Of a stretch of 64,000 nucleotides of DNA, positions 21,820-31,787 are shown piece by piece (the first letter of the stretch is position 1; every line of letters starts with the position of its first letter). Source of the DNA: an uncultured Gemmatimonadales bacterium (GTDB lineage Bacteria > Gemmatimonadota > Gemmatimonadetes > Longimicrobiales > RSA9); the NCBI GenBank assembly GCA_963798085.1, contig CAWCRS010000007.1, positions 1,088,001 to 1,152,000 on the forward strand, read 5' to 3'. A program made the position numbers and the translations under genes. Below the pieces are notes generated by a model. The model was not told the origin of the DNA. It saw only the letters and a program-made list of their open reading frames with translations, and searched no databases.

Positions 21820-23431
21820 TCAGTCCGCTGCGCGCAGACGCTCCTCGAGGCGCGCATCCGGCTCCACGAACAGCGTGTTCGCGCGCTCCATGATGACCGT
21901 GCCGGGCCTGGCCTTGCGCGGTTTGCGCACATAGCGGCGGCGCGTCCAGTCGACGGGCACGGTGCCCGACGTGCGCGCCCGGCTGTGCAGCGCGGCCAGC
22001 ATGGCGGCTTCCGCCAGGTCCGTTGCCGGTGGATTCGATGCCGCGTCCTGCCAGCGCAGCACGACGTGCGCACCCGCGGCCTCGCGGGCGTGCAGCCAGA
22101 ATGTCACCGGGCGCGCTGTGGTGCAGAGTCAGGTCGTCATTGGCGCGGGCGCTGCGGCCCACGCGTACTTCCAGTCCTCCTGACGTGCGATAGCGCCGGT
22201 ACGGCAGCACCCGGGCGGGACGCCCACTAACACTGCGGTCAGGTGCGCGGCGCAGCGCGGCGCGATCCGCTTCCGTGGCGCTGCCCTCGCGCATGCGCGT
22301 CTCCAGCGCAGCGAGCCTCTGCGCCTCGGCCGCCACGCCCGCCAGCAGCGCGGGTACACGTGCGGCGGCACGGTCGCGTTTGCGGGCCCGCTCGTACAGC
22401 ATGTTGGCGTTGGCCGCCGGATCGAGCGCGGGATTCAGCTCGATAGTGAGCGTGCCGCCTTCGAAGTCTTCGAGCGTGACCGAGCGCATGCCCCGGCGCA
22501 CACTGGCGAGCCGCGCCAGCAGCACGTCCGCCTTCTGCCTCGCCTGCGCGGCGTCGCTGGCCCCGCCTTCCATCTCGGCGCGCAGACGCCCGGCGCGACG
22601 CCCGAGTGCTTTCTGTCGCTGCGCCAGGCGGCCCAGCAGGTCCGCATCCGTTTCCGGACGCTCCGGCGTAGCGGCCGCGAAGGCCGCGAGCAGGTCGGCG
22701 TGCGGCTCGAACGGCAGCCCCGGCAATGGCGACGGGTAGGGTTGGTCCCAATCGCCCGGCGCGACAATGCCGGCTTGCGTGCTCTGCGGATCGATGACGC
22801 GCGCGTATCGCGTCCACGCTTCCAGCAGCAGCATCTCGTCGTCGCCTTCCAGTGCGGTACCGAGAATGGCGCGTGCATTGAGAGGGCTGGCCCAGGCAAC
22901 GCGCTCGAGGAAAGCCCGCTCCCGCTGCGCGGGCGGCACGTCGAGGAGCAGCGCGGCGAACGCAGCGGCGTCCAGTGGCGCGGCCAGCCCCGCGCGTGGC
23001 TGGGCATCCTGCGTGTCGATCGTGGTGGTCCGCGCTGCGAGCAGCGCTGCCAGCACGCGTCCATCCGTGGCAAGCACCGCGTTACGGCGCGCCGTCAGAT
23101 CCACGGAAAGCGAGAAGCTGCGGGAGCCATCGGGGAGGGCATCAATGAAGAAGTCGATCCGTCGATCATCGGGTGGCGAAGTCACGGCGCGCAGCCGGGC
23201 GCCGGCGGGCAGATTGACGCCGCTCGCCGGACCCCGGTGCGTCGCCTGAACCAGAGTTCCGTTCTGCGGATCGAGTGACCAGCGCAGCGCGCCGCGGCCG
23301 ATGGCGATGTGGATGGTGCGCGTTTCCGGCTCGAGGCGCACCCAGCGCACGCGCGCGCCGGCCCAGCGCTGGTGCAGCTCGGCGGCGAGGGCGCGAGCGA
23401 GCAGTGCATCATAACGCAGTGGTTTTGACAC
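21820..23431 (-). CDS. NFACT/Rqc2 (RqcH/FbpA-like) protein, +1 indel near 22100
   Basis: NFACT-R motifs VGRSARAND.LT, WLHAR...GAHV, VPVDWTRRRYVRKP; coiled-coil middle. Confidence 0.88.
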
Positions 23432-23559
23432 CCCCGGATGATGGTCGTAGCTTGCGCAGGCCGTCAAACGGACGGGGCGGGGCGAGCGGCGCCCCGTGCG
23501 GCACAACGGCGCTCCGCCGGTTCTCGCCGTGGCCGCGGCGGTGCAGACGACGAGTCCGG

Positions 23560-24387
23560 ATGAGCACTGAGTCACGCGCCAGCGAACGGCGTCTCACAGT
23601 TCGCGACCTCCTCGAAATGAAACAGCGCGGCGACAGGATCGTCGCGCTCACGGCGTACGATTTTCTATTCGCGCGTCTGGTGGACGACTGCGGTGTCGAC
23701 ATCATCCTGGTGGGTGATTCGCTGGGGCAGGTAGTGGCTGGTTACGACAGCACGCTGCCGGTCACACTCGACGAGATGATCTGGCACGCGCAAGCGGTGC
23801 GGCGCGCGGTGCGGCGAGGCCTGCTGGTCGTGGACATGCCGTTCCTCAGCTTTCAGGTGAGCGAAGAGGAGACGCTGCGCAACGCCGGTCGCGTGCTGAA
23901 GCAGACTGGTGCCGAAGCCGTGAAGCTGGAGGGCGGCGACGACGTGACCGCCGGCCATGTGCGCGCGCTGGTACGCGCCGGCATTCCCGTGATGGGCCAC
24001 ATCGGTCTCACGCCGCAGTCGGTGCACGCACTGGGTGGCTATCGCGTGCAGGGCCGCGATGCGGATGCGGCCGAGCGACTGCACCAGGATGCCCTGCGCC
24101 TCGAACACGCCGGTGCTTTCTCCATTGTGCTGGAATTGATGCCGACTGCGCTGGCCGGTGATGTGTCGCGCAAACTGCGCATTCCCACGATCGGCATTGG
24201 CGCCGGACCGGAGTGCGACGGCCAGGTGCTCGTGATCTACGACGCGCTCGGCCTGAACGAGACGTTCCGGCCACGCTTCCTCAAGCGTTTCGCGGCGCTG
24301 GCGGAGGAGACGCGCAAGGGCGTGCAGGCCTACAGCGAGGCCGTGCGCTCGGGTCGCTACCCGGACGCCGAGCACTCCTTCGAGTGA
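23560..24387 (+). CDS. panB: 3-methyl-2-oxobutanoate hydroxymethyltransferase
   Basis: LTAYD, LVGDSLG, VKLEGG, GHIGLTPQ, GIGAG. Confidence 0.98.
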   Translation: MSTESRASERRLTVRDLLEMKQRGDRIVALTAYDFLFARLVDDCGVDIILVGDSLGQVVAGYDSTLPVTLDEMIWHAQAVRRAVRRGLLVVDMPFLSFQVSEEETLRNAGRVLKQTGAEAVKLEGGDDVTAGHVRALVRAGIPVMGHIGLTPQSVHALGGYRVQGRDADAAERLHQDALRLEHAGAFSIVLELMPTALAGDVSRKLRIPTIGIGAGPECDGQVLVIYDALGLNETFRPRFLKRFAALAEETRKGVQAYSEAVRSGRYPDAEHSFE

Positions 24388-25235
24388 AACGGGTCGCCAC
24401 GCGCGCCGAGCTGCGCCTGGCCATCGACAACGCGCGCGCCGCCGGCAGTCGCATTGGTTTCGTGCCCACCATGGGCTTCCTGCATGACGGTCATCTCTCG
24501 CTCATTGATCGCGCACGCACGCTCGCGGACTACACCGTCATGTCCGTGTTCGTGAACCCGCTGCAGTTCGGGCCGGGCGAAGATCTGGCGAGCTACCCGC
24601 GCGATCTGCCGCGCGACGCGCAGCTGGCGCAGGCCCGAGGGGTCGACCTGCTGTTCGCGCCGTCCGACAGCGAGATGTATCCGGCGGGCGCGCCGGCCGT
24701 GACGGTGGATGCGCCTGTGCTGACGGACCGCCTGTGCGGCGCGTTCCGGCCCGGTCACTTTCGCGGCGTGCTCACGGTGGTGGCCAAGCTGTTCCACCTC
24801 GTGCGTCCGGACACGGCGGTCTTCGGGCAGAAGGACTATCAGCAGCTGACACTGATCCGGCGCATGGTGCGTGACCTGGACATGGGCATCGAGGTGGTGG
24901 GCGGCCCCATTGTGCGCGAGGCCGATGGTCTGGCGCTCAGCTCGCGCAATGTCTACCTCTCGCCGGAGGAACGGCGCGAGGCGACACTGCTGCGCCGCGC
25001 TCTGCTGGATGCGCAGCAGGCGTTCGCCGCCGGCACGCGGCAGGCAGACTCCTTGCTGCAACGCGTGCGGGAGCGGCTGGCGCAGGGTGCGCACGTGCGC
25101 CTGCAGTATGCCGAGCTGGTGGCGCCGGACTCGCTGGAGCCGGTACCGGAGGCCGCGGCCGGTGATGTGCTGGCCCTGGCGGCGTTCGTGGGCCGCACCC
25201 GGCTCATCGATAACCATGTGTTAGAGAGTGGCTGA
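24384..25235 (+). CDS. panC: Pantoate--beta-alanine ligase
   Basis: VPTMGFLHDGH, FVNPLQF, FGQKDYQQ, ALSSRN, RLIDN. Confidence 0.98.
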   Translation: MKRVATRAELRLAIDNARAAGSRIGFVPTMGFLHDGHLSLIDRARTLADYTVMSVFVNPLQFGPGEDLASYPRDLPRDAQLAQARGVDLLFAPSDSEMYPAGAPAVTVDAPVLTDRLCGAFRPGHFRGVLTVVAKLFHLVRPDTAVFGQKDYQQLTLIRRMVRDLDMGIEVVGGPIVREADGLALSSRNVYLSPEERREATLLRRALLDAQQAFAAGTRQADSLLQRVRERLAQGAHVRLQYAELVAPDSLEPVPEAAAGDVLALAAFVGRTRLIDNHVLESG

Positions 25236-25238
25236 GCC

Positions 25239-25838
25239 GTGGCCGAGCGATCGCCATCCCTGCTGGACCGCGCCGCGGCCGGCGAGCTGCCCGCCTGGGC
25301 GGAAGTTTCGCCGGCACGCTACCAGCACCTCAGTCGCGTGGGCCGGCTGATGGCTGAATGGGCGGCCGGCCTGGACTGCACCGAGGCGCAGCGCGTGCGC
25401 TGGCACGCCACCGGCTGCCTGCACGACGCCCTGCGCGACGCGCCGGTGGAGCACCTGCTGCCCTGGGTGCCCGAGCGCTTTCGTGAATTGCCTGTTTCTT
25501 TCTGGCACGGTCCGGCCACCGCCAGCCGCCTCGAGGCGGAAGGCCTGGACGACGCGGAACTGTGTGGCGCGATCCGCTACCACACGCTGGGCCACGCGTC
25601 GCTGCGCACGCTGGGTCGCGCCCTCATCGCGGCCGATTTCCTGGAGCCGGGCCGCCCGCAGCAGGCGGAATGGCGGGCCGGCCTGCGGGCGCGCATGCCG
25701 CGCGACCTGCCGGGCGTGCTGCGCGAGGTGCTGCGCTTCAAGATCACCCGCAGCCTGGATGGCGGTTATCCGATCCCCGCCGAAACGGTCGGCGCCTGGA
25801 ACGCACTGCTGAGCGATGCGCAGCAGGGAACTGGCTGA
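25239..25838 (+). CDS. HD-domain hydrolase, YqeK-like (Ap4A hydrolase family)
   Basis: RYQH..RV, LHD, WHG, AIRYHT.G, ADFLEPGR. Confidence 0.75.
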   Translation: MAERSPSLLDRAAAGELPAWAEVSPARYQHLSRVGRLMAEWAAGLDCTEAQRVRWHATGCLHDALRDAPVEHLLPWVPERFRELPVSFWHGPATASRLEAEGLDDAELCGAIRYHTLGHASLRTLGRALIAADFLEPGRPQQAEWRAGLRARMPRDLPGVLREVLRFKITRSLDGGYPIPAETVGAWNALLSDAQQGTG

Positions 25839-26256
25839 ACGCGTCGCCCTTGTCGCGACGTTCGCGCTGGTGCTCGCGTTCGTCGCCTCGTTCGTGACCG
25901 GGCTGGGCCGTTCCCACAAGCCCGGGCGAGCCGAACCGCCGCAGGCGCCGGTCGTCGCGGATCCGGGAACGCGACAGCGCGGCCGCGTGGAAGTGCTCAA
26001 CGCTTCCGGTCAGGCCGGCATTGCCCGCGGCGTCACGGATCGGTTGCGCGCCGCCGGCTTCGATGTGGTCTTCTACGGCAATGCGCAGCACATCCCGGAC
26101 AGCAGCGCTGTGCTCGACCGCGTGGGCAATACAGGCATAGCCCGCGCCGTGGCCGACGAGCTGGGCATCGTCCGCCTGCGCACCGCCGTCGACTCCTCCC
26201 TCGCCCTCGACGTCACCGTCATTCTCGGGCCGGACTTCAAGGCTTCACCGCGCTGA
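25816..26256 (+). CDS. Membrane-anchored LytR C-terminal domain protein
   Basis: N-terminal TM; VEVLNASG..GIA...LR..GF...GNA ... DVTVILGPD. Confidence 0.85.
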   Translation: MRSRELAERVALVATFALVLAFVASFVTGLGRSHKPGRAEPPQAPVVADPGTRQRGRVEVLNASGQAGIARGVTDRLRAAGFDVVFYGNAQHIPDSSAVLDRVGNTGIARAVADELGIVRLRTAVDSSLALDVTVILGPDFKASPR

Positions 26257-26277
26257 GCGCGGAGGCCGCGGCGGCCG

Positions 26278-27456
26278 CTACTCGTCCGTGGCATTGCCCT
26301 GGCCGGCTTGCGCCGTGACGACAACAGTTCTCCGCGTCCGCCGCGCACTCTGTGGTGAGTGCAGTCGAGTGTAAGGCCGCGGAGGCGTTGGCGTGTGTTC
26401 GGCGCGGAGCTGGCCGCAGGCGGCGGCGATGTCGCGGCCGCGCGGAGTGCGGATGGTGGCTTTGATGCCCAACTCGTCGAGGATGCGGGCGAAGGCGCGC
26501 TGGCGGTCGCGGGAAGGGGGTTGCCAGGCCGCGCCGGGGATGGGGTTGTAGGGAATGAGGTTGACGTGCGCGCCGAATTCACGCACGAGGTCAGCCAGCT
26601 GGCGGGCGTGCCCGGGCTCATCGTTGGTGCGGTCAATGAGCACGTATTCGAAGGTAATGCGGCGGCCGCCGGCCGCATCGAAGGCGCGCAGCGCTTCCAG
26701 CAACCGGGGCAGCGGATACTTCTTCTCGATGGGCACAAGGCGGGCGCGCAGCTCCGGCTCGGGCGCGTGCAGCGACACGGCCAGCCGGAACTGGTCCGGG
26801 CGCTCTGCCAGCTCGAGAATGCCGGGCACGATGCCCACGGTCGAGACGGTGATGCGGCGCGCGCCCATGCCATACCCGCCGTTGAGCAGGGTGAGCGCAG
26901 GCATGACCGCCGTGCGGTTCGCGAGCGGCTCGCCCATGCCCATGAACACGATGTTAGTGATGCTGCCGGCCTGGTTTTCCGCGGCCCAGCGGCGGGCGCC
27001 GCGGAACTGCGCGACGATTTCGCCGGTGGTCAGCTGGCGGCGGTACCCGGACCAGCCGGTCGCACAGAATACGCACGCCATGGCGCAGCCCGCCTGTGAG
27101 GACAGGCACAGCGTGAGGCGGTCACCGGAAGGGATGAGCACCGACTCGATCAGTTCGCCGTCAGCGAGTCGCCAGAGGTGTTTGACCGTGCCGTCCGTCG
27201 AGCGACTGAGTGTCGCGATGGCCGGCGAGGTCAGGCGGAACGCTGCGGCCAGTGCGGCGCGTTCCCCAGCCGGAAGGTCCGTCATCTCCGCGAAGGACGC
27301 GGCATCACGCTCGTACAGCCAGGCCAGTGCCTGGCGCACGCGGTAGGCGGGCTGACCGCGTGCGGTGAAATGCGCGCGCAGCGCGGCTTCCGCTTCCTCC
27401 GCGGGCAGGTCGAGCAGGTCAGGCGTGGCCCCTGTGCTCTTCGTGGAAGCCTGCAT
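26278..27456 (-). CDS. rlmN: Dual-specificity RNA methyltransferase RlmN
   Basis: CLSSQAGCAMACVFCATG radical SAM, FMGMGEP, AACGQL. Confidence 0.97.
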   Translation of the reverse strand: MQASTKSTGATPDLLDLPAEEAEAALRAHFTARGQPAYRVRQALAWLYERDAASFAEMTDLPAGERAALAAAFRLTSPAIATLSRSTDGTVKHLWRLADGELIESVLIPSGDRLTLCLSSQAGCAMACVFCATGWSGYRRQLTTGEIVAQFRGARRWAAENQAGSITNIVFMGMGEPLANRTAVMPALTLLNGGYGMGARRITVSTVGIVPGILELAERPDQFRLAVSLHAPEPELRARLVPIEKKYPLPRLLEALRAFDAAGGRRITFEYVLIDRTNDEPGHARQLADLVREFGAHVNLIPYNPIPGAAWQPPSRDRQRAFARILDELGIKATIRTPRGRDIAAACGQLRAEHTPTPPRPYTRLHSPQSARRTRRTVVVTAQAGQGNATDE

Positions 27457-28334
27457 CAGAAAACCACGCTCAAGCGGAAGGAGTGCACCGCGCCAATGCC
27501 GTTGGGCATGTCTTCACGCAGCACGCCCAGCTGATAACGGCTGAGTTGCACGGTCGCACCTGTGGCGAGCTTCCACGTGCGCTCGCCGACGCCGGGCTCG
27601 CCGGCCACGCCCGCCGTGAAGCGCAGCCACTCTCGCCACGCGCCCACGGCGGCAATCCGGTGCGCCACGCCCTGGAAGCGCTCCGATCCGGACGCGCCGT
27701 ACTCGGCGCCCACGCTCCAGTCCGGCGCCACCGCGCGTTCCGCACCCGCCGCGGCAAACCAGCCGTTTGCGGCCTGCTCGAAAAGCAGGCCGGCGGCAAG
27801 TGCAGGATGAAACGACGTCGTCGCCTGATAGAGAAAACCGGCGCCGAAGCTGGTGACGTTGTCGCCGTCGAGGACGGCGGCGGTGCGCGTGTAGTGCGCG
27901 CCCGCACCCACGCTGAGGCCTTTGCTCAGCGAGCGGTCGATCGCGATGCTGAACGCGTTTTCCGCGATGTCGAGAGGAACGGCACCATCCTCGGGCAGAG
28001 GCGAGGTCGTGGTCTGCTCGATGTCGGCGACGCCGACGTGCTGGAAGCCGAAACCCAGCGAGGTCGAGGCATCCAGCCGCATGACCCCGGCCAGTCCGAC
28101 GCCGTCGAGGCCGGTTGCGGAAGGTCCGCGCACATCCAGCAGCAGACCCTCGCCTCGCCGTGCGGGAATTCCGAGGGCGCCCGGGTTCCAGAAGACCGCG
28201 ATGGGGCCGCGCGCGAGCGCATCCGCGCCGGCCGTCGTGCGCATGGGCAGATCGAGCACGCGCTGTGCCGCCACCGGGGACGCGCCCAGAAGCGTGGCGA
28301 GCAGGATGCCCGTATGGTTGATGCGGTTTTGCAC
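27456..28334 (-). CDS. Putative outer-membrane beta-barrel protein (PorV/FadL-like N-terminus)
   Basis: Signal peptide ending AAQ, FWNPGAL motif, alternating beta strands, C-terminal Phe. Confidence 0.55.
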   Translation of the reverse strand: MQNRINHTGILLATLLGASPVAAQRVLDLPMRTTAGADALARGPIAVFWNPGALGIPARRGEGLLLDVRGPSATGLDGVGLAGVMRLDASTSLGFGFQHVGVADIEQTTTSPLPEDGAVPLDIAENAFSIAIDRSLSKGLSVGAGAHYTRTAAVLDGDNVTSFGAGFLYQATTSFHPALAAGLLFEQAANGWFAAAGAERAVAPDWSVGAEYGASGSERFQGVAHRIAAVGAWREWLRFTAGVAGEPGVGERTWKLATGATVQLSRYQLGVLREDMPNGIGAVHSFRLSVVF

Positions 28335-28397
28335 AGTCCTTATAGTTTACGCGAATGACAAACGGGCGGAAGCCCCTTCGCCGGACTGAGGTAGCGT

Positions 28398-28856
28398 TTG
28401 CTCCTGACCGAACTGCTCTCGGTCGATCGCATCAGGATCCCGCTGCAGGGACACACCAAGGACGAGCTGCTGCGCGAACTGGTCTCCATCGTGTCGAGCC
28501 ACGATGGCGTGCAGGACCAGGGCGCGGTACTCGACGCGGTGCGTGAGCGGGAATCGATATTGTCGACGGGCATCGGTCACGGTGTCGCGATTCCGCACGG
28601 CAAATCGCAATCCGTCCCCGAACTGCGCATGGCCGCGGGCCGCGCCGCCATGCCTGTCGACTACGATGCACTCGACGGGCAGCCGGTCGCACTGCTGTTC
28701 CTGCTGGTCGGCCCCGAGTCTGCCGCGGGCCCGCACATCAAGGCGCTCAGCCGCATCTCGCGCATCGTGCGTCGCGATGATGTGCGCGACCGGCTCAACG
28801 CGGCGCAGAGTCCTGACGAATTCCTGGCGGCGCTGCGTGAAGCGGAGGCTGTATAA
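28398..28856 (+). CDS. PTS EIIA (Ntr/fructose-type) domain protein
   Basis: RE...STGIGHGVAIPHG, DGQPV.LLFLL. Confidence 0.92.
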   Translation: MLLTELLSVDRIRIPLQGHTKDELLRELVSIVSSHDGVQDQGAVLDAVRERESILSTGIGHGVAIPHGKSQSVPELRMAAGRAAMPVDYDALDGQPVALLFLLVGPESAAGPHIKALSRISRIVRRDDVRDRLNAAQSPDEFLAALREAEAV

Positions 28857-28867
28857 GCCGCCTTTCC

Positions 28868-29038
28868 CAGCGAGCCCGACGCCCGGAGGCGGCGGGCCTT
28901 TCCTCGCGAGCGGCGCCACTTCGCGCAGCGAGCCCGACGCCCGGAGGCGGCGGGCCTTTCCTCGCGAGCGGCGCCACTTCGCGCAAGCGGGCCCGACGCC
29001 CGGAGGCGGCGGGCCCTTCCCTGCGAGCGCGCACTTCG
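28868..29038. repeat. Three tandem ~58-bp units, each with two hairpins (BIME/REP-like)
   Basis: Units start at 28868, 28926 and ~28985; GCCCGACGCC-CGGA-GGCGGCGGGC plus CGCGAG..CTTCGCG. Confidence 0.9.
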
Positions 29039-29064
29039 TCCGGACAAGCCCGGCACGCGACAGG

Positions 29065-29421
29065 CTACTCGGGTTGTGCTTCCTTCTGGGCCAGCGCGAT
29101 GATGGCGCGGCGTTCGATATCGACCTGCCGGGTCAGATTGCCGACGCCTTCACGCAGCGAGCGTGACTTGGGGCCATGCGAGCCGCCGCGGCGGGTGGCC
29201 AGCTCGAGGGCGCCGGTGGCATTGGCGAGCTTGTCGAAGCCGGCGGTAGTGAATTGCATCTTGAGCTGACCGAAAGCGCGGCGCAGTCCGACGGAGAGGC
29301 CCTCGGCGTCCCTGGGCGTGCCGGCGAACTGTTCGACGAGCGAGTACACATGGCGAACTCGCCCGGCGAGCGTCTCGAGTTGTGTCAGGCGTTCACGGTC
29401 GCGCGGCGTCAGGTCGGACAT
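29065..29421 (-). CDS. Small helical protein, HPt-like but lacking the phospho-His
   Basis: 118 aa; RRAFGQLKMQFTTAGFDKLANATGALE. Confidence 0.6.
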   Translation of the reverse strand: MSDLTPRDRERLTQLETLAGRVRHVYSLVEQFAGTPRDAEGLSVGLRRAFGQLKMQFTTAGFDKLANATGALELATRRGGSHGPKSRSLREGVGNLTRQVDIERRAIIALAQKEAQPE

Positions 29422-29538
29422 GCTGGCTAACATAGTGCTCAGGCAGACAGCACGCGAGTGCGGCGTGAACGAAGCACAGGTCAAAGCGGCGTCGTCGACG
29501 GCAGAATTTTCTCGACGATTCGGGAGCGGAATCCAGCA

Positions 29539-29910
29539 GTGAAGCGGCTGCCTGCGACGCTTGCCTATCTGCCGTCTCTGGTCTGGGCCGCGTTCCTGCT
29601 CTACCTGGGAAGCCGTCCGTTCTACGAACCGCTGCCGCAACTGCCGCTGCCCGCGGACAAGCTTGCGCATTTGGGTCTGTACGGAACGCTGGGCATACTG
29701 GCGGTGCTCGGCTGGCGCTGGTCGGGGCGCCGGCCGATCGTGTGGGCGCCGTGGCTGGCAAGTGTGACGGTGGGTGTGATCGATGAGCTGCATCAGCGCT
29801 ACGTGCCCACACGCAGCTCGGACATCAAGGACTGGCTGACGGATCTGGTGGCGATCACGCTCGCATTCGCGCTGCTCGGCGCATGGCGTTCCCGCAGAGG
29901 AGAAGAATGA
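29539..29910 (+). CDS. VanZ family membrane protein
   Basis: DKLAH..LY..LG, DELHQ.YVP.R, DWLTD. Confidence 0.9.
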   Translation: MKRLPATLAYLPSLVWAAFLLYLGSRPFYEPLPQLPLPADKLAHLGLYGTLGILAVLGWRWSGRRPIVWAPWLASVTVGVIDELHQRYVPTRSSDIKDWLTDLVAITLAFALLGAWRSRRGEE

Positions 29911-31787
29911 ACAGCGATTCGAAGGCGACCGCGTTTCGCACGGGCATGGTGGGCGATCTGCGCGCGGCTGATGCCGGCCGTGATGTGCGACTCGTGGGCT
30001 GGGTGCATCGGCGGCGCGATCTGGGCGGGTTGCTGTTCCTCGATCTGCGCGATCGCACGGGCAAGGTGCAGCTTTCGCTGGGACCCGACTGGACGACGGC
30101 GGACATACTGGAACGCGCGCGCCGGGTCGGCTCGGAATGGGTGATCGCGATTGCGGGGCAGGTGGTGAAGCGGCCTGACGAAGCCGTGAACCGCGAGCTG
30201 GCGACCGGCGAGATCGAAGTGCACGTGCGGACGCTCAATGTGCTCTCTGAAGCGGAGACGCCGCCCATTCCGGTGGCGCCATTGGCGAACGAACTGCCAG
30301 CGGAGGAGCTGCGCCTGCGTTATCGCTATCTGGATCTGCGGCGCGATGAGTTCCAGCGCGCCCTCGCCATGCGTCATCGCACCTATCAGGTGGTGCGTGG
30401 TTTTCTCTCGTCGCAGCATTTCCTCGAGATCGAGACGCCGATGCTCACGCGGCGTACACCGGAAGGTGCGCGCGATTATCTCGTGCCCAGCCGCATCCAT
30501 CGCGGCGAGTTCTACGCGCTGCCGCAGTCGCCGCAGCTCTACAAGCAGCTGCTCATGGTCTCGGGGTATGATCGCTACTTCCAGATTGCGCGCTGTCTGC
30601 GTGATGAGGATCTGCGTGCCGACCGCCAGCCTGAGTTCACGCAGATCGATGCGGAGATGTCATTCGTGACCGAGGACGACGTGTTCCGCATCGGCGAAAA
30701 CATGTCGGCCACCCTGTGGCGCGAGATGCTGGGCGTCGATGTGGCAGTGCCGTTTCCGCGGTTGACGTACCGCGACGCGGTCGAGCGCTACGGCACGGAC
30801 AAGCCCGATGTGCGCTTCGGCATGGAGATTCACGACCTGACCGGAATGCTGCAGGCGGCGGATTTCCGTTTGTTCCAGGAAACGCGCGGTACGACACAGC
30901 GCATCCGCGGCTTCGTGGCGACCGGCGGCGCCGCGTTTTCGCGGAAGGATCTGGATGAACTGGCGCCCATGGCGAAGACCGCAGGCGCGGCGGGCGCGCT
31001 CTGGGTCAAGCGTGGCGCGGAAGGCGTGAGCGGAACGTTCGCCAAGGCGATGGATGAGGGTCTGACCAGCCGCCTCGCGGCGACGGCAGGACTGGGCGTG
31101 GGCGATCTGCTCGTGCTCGTGATCGGGCCGTCCGGCGCCACCGGCACGTCCCCCATGCCCGCCGATGCGGCGCTGGATGGGATGCGCCGGCACCTGGGTG
31201 GGCGGCTGGGGTTGCGCGATCCGGCGAAACACTGCTGGCTCTGGATCACGGAATTCCCGCTCTTCGATTTCGATGAGGCCGCGGGGCGCATCATCGCCAT
31301 GCACCATCCCTTCACCATGCCGCACCCGGACGACGTGCTGGCGCTGCTCGACGCGACACGCGAGACGCTGACGGCGGGGGCGGCCCGTGCCCTGTACGAG
31401 AAGGGGCTGCGCTCCCGGGCGTACGATGCGGTGTATAACGGCATGGAGATGGCGAGCGGCTCGATCCGCATTCACGATCCGGAACTGCAGAAGAGCGTAT
31501 TCCGCGCGCTCGGCATTGGCGCGGAGGAGGCGCAGGCGAAGTTCGGCTTTCTGCTCGAGGCGTTCCGCTACGGCGTTCCGCCGCACGGTGGTTTTGCATT
31601 CGGCTTTGATCGCCTGGTGATGCTGCTGACGGGTGGGACGAGCCTGCGTGATGTGATCGCCTTCCCGAAGACGACGGCGGCGCGCGCGTTGTTCGAGGGC
31701 GCACCGGCGCCTGTCAGCGCGCGGATCTCGCCGAGCTGCACATTGCCGTCATGGACTCGCGAGGAGGGACGACAGCCACGTGGATAG
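29907..31787 (+). CDS. aspS: Aspartate--tRNA ligase (probable indel near 31720)
   Basis: RRDLGG (discriminating-type Leu), TPEGARDY, LPQSPQLYKQ, RDEDLRADRQPEF, PPHGG..GFDR. Confidence 0.98.
   Translation: MNSDSKATAFRTGMVGDLRAADAGRDVRLVGWVHRRRDLGGLLFLDLRDRTGKVQLSLGPDWTTADILERARRVGSEWVIAIAGQVVKRPDEAVNRELATGEIEVHVRTLNVLSEAETPPIPVAPLANELPAEELRLRYRYLDLRRDEFQRALAMRHRTYQVVRGFLSSQHFLEIETPMLTRRTPEGARDYLVPSRIHRGEFYALPQSPQLYKQLLMVSGYDRYFQIARCLRDEDLRADRQPEFTQIDAEMSFVTEDDVFRIGENMSATLWREMLGVDVAVPFPRLTYRDAVERYGTDKPDVRFGMEIHDLTGMLQAADFRLFQETRGTTQRIRGFVATGGAAFSRKDLDELAPMAKTAGAAGALWVKRGAEGVSGTFAKAMDEGLTSRLAATAGLGVGDLLVLVIGPSGATGTSPMPADAALDGMRRHLGGRLGLRDPAKHCWLWITEFPLFDFDEAAGRIIAMHHPFTMPHPDDVLALLDATRETLTAGAARALYEKGLRSRAYDAVYNGMEMASGSIRIHDPELQKSVFRALGIGAEEAQAKFGFLLEAFRYGVPPHGGFAFGFDRLVMLLTGGTSLRDVIAFPKTTAARALFEGAPAPVSARISPSCTLPSWTREEGRQPRG

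Noticed and set aside
28868..29038. Possible CRISPR array
   Set aside because: Units are contiguous and near-identical with no unique spacers, and no cas genes are present
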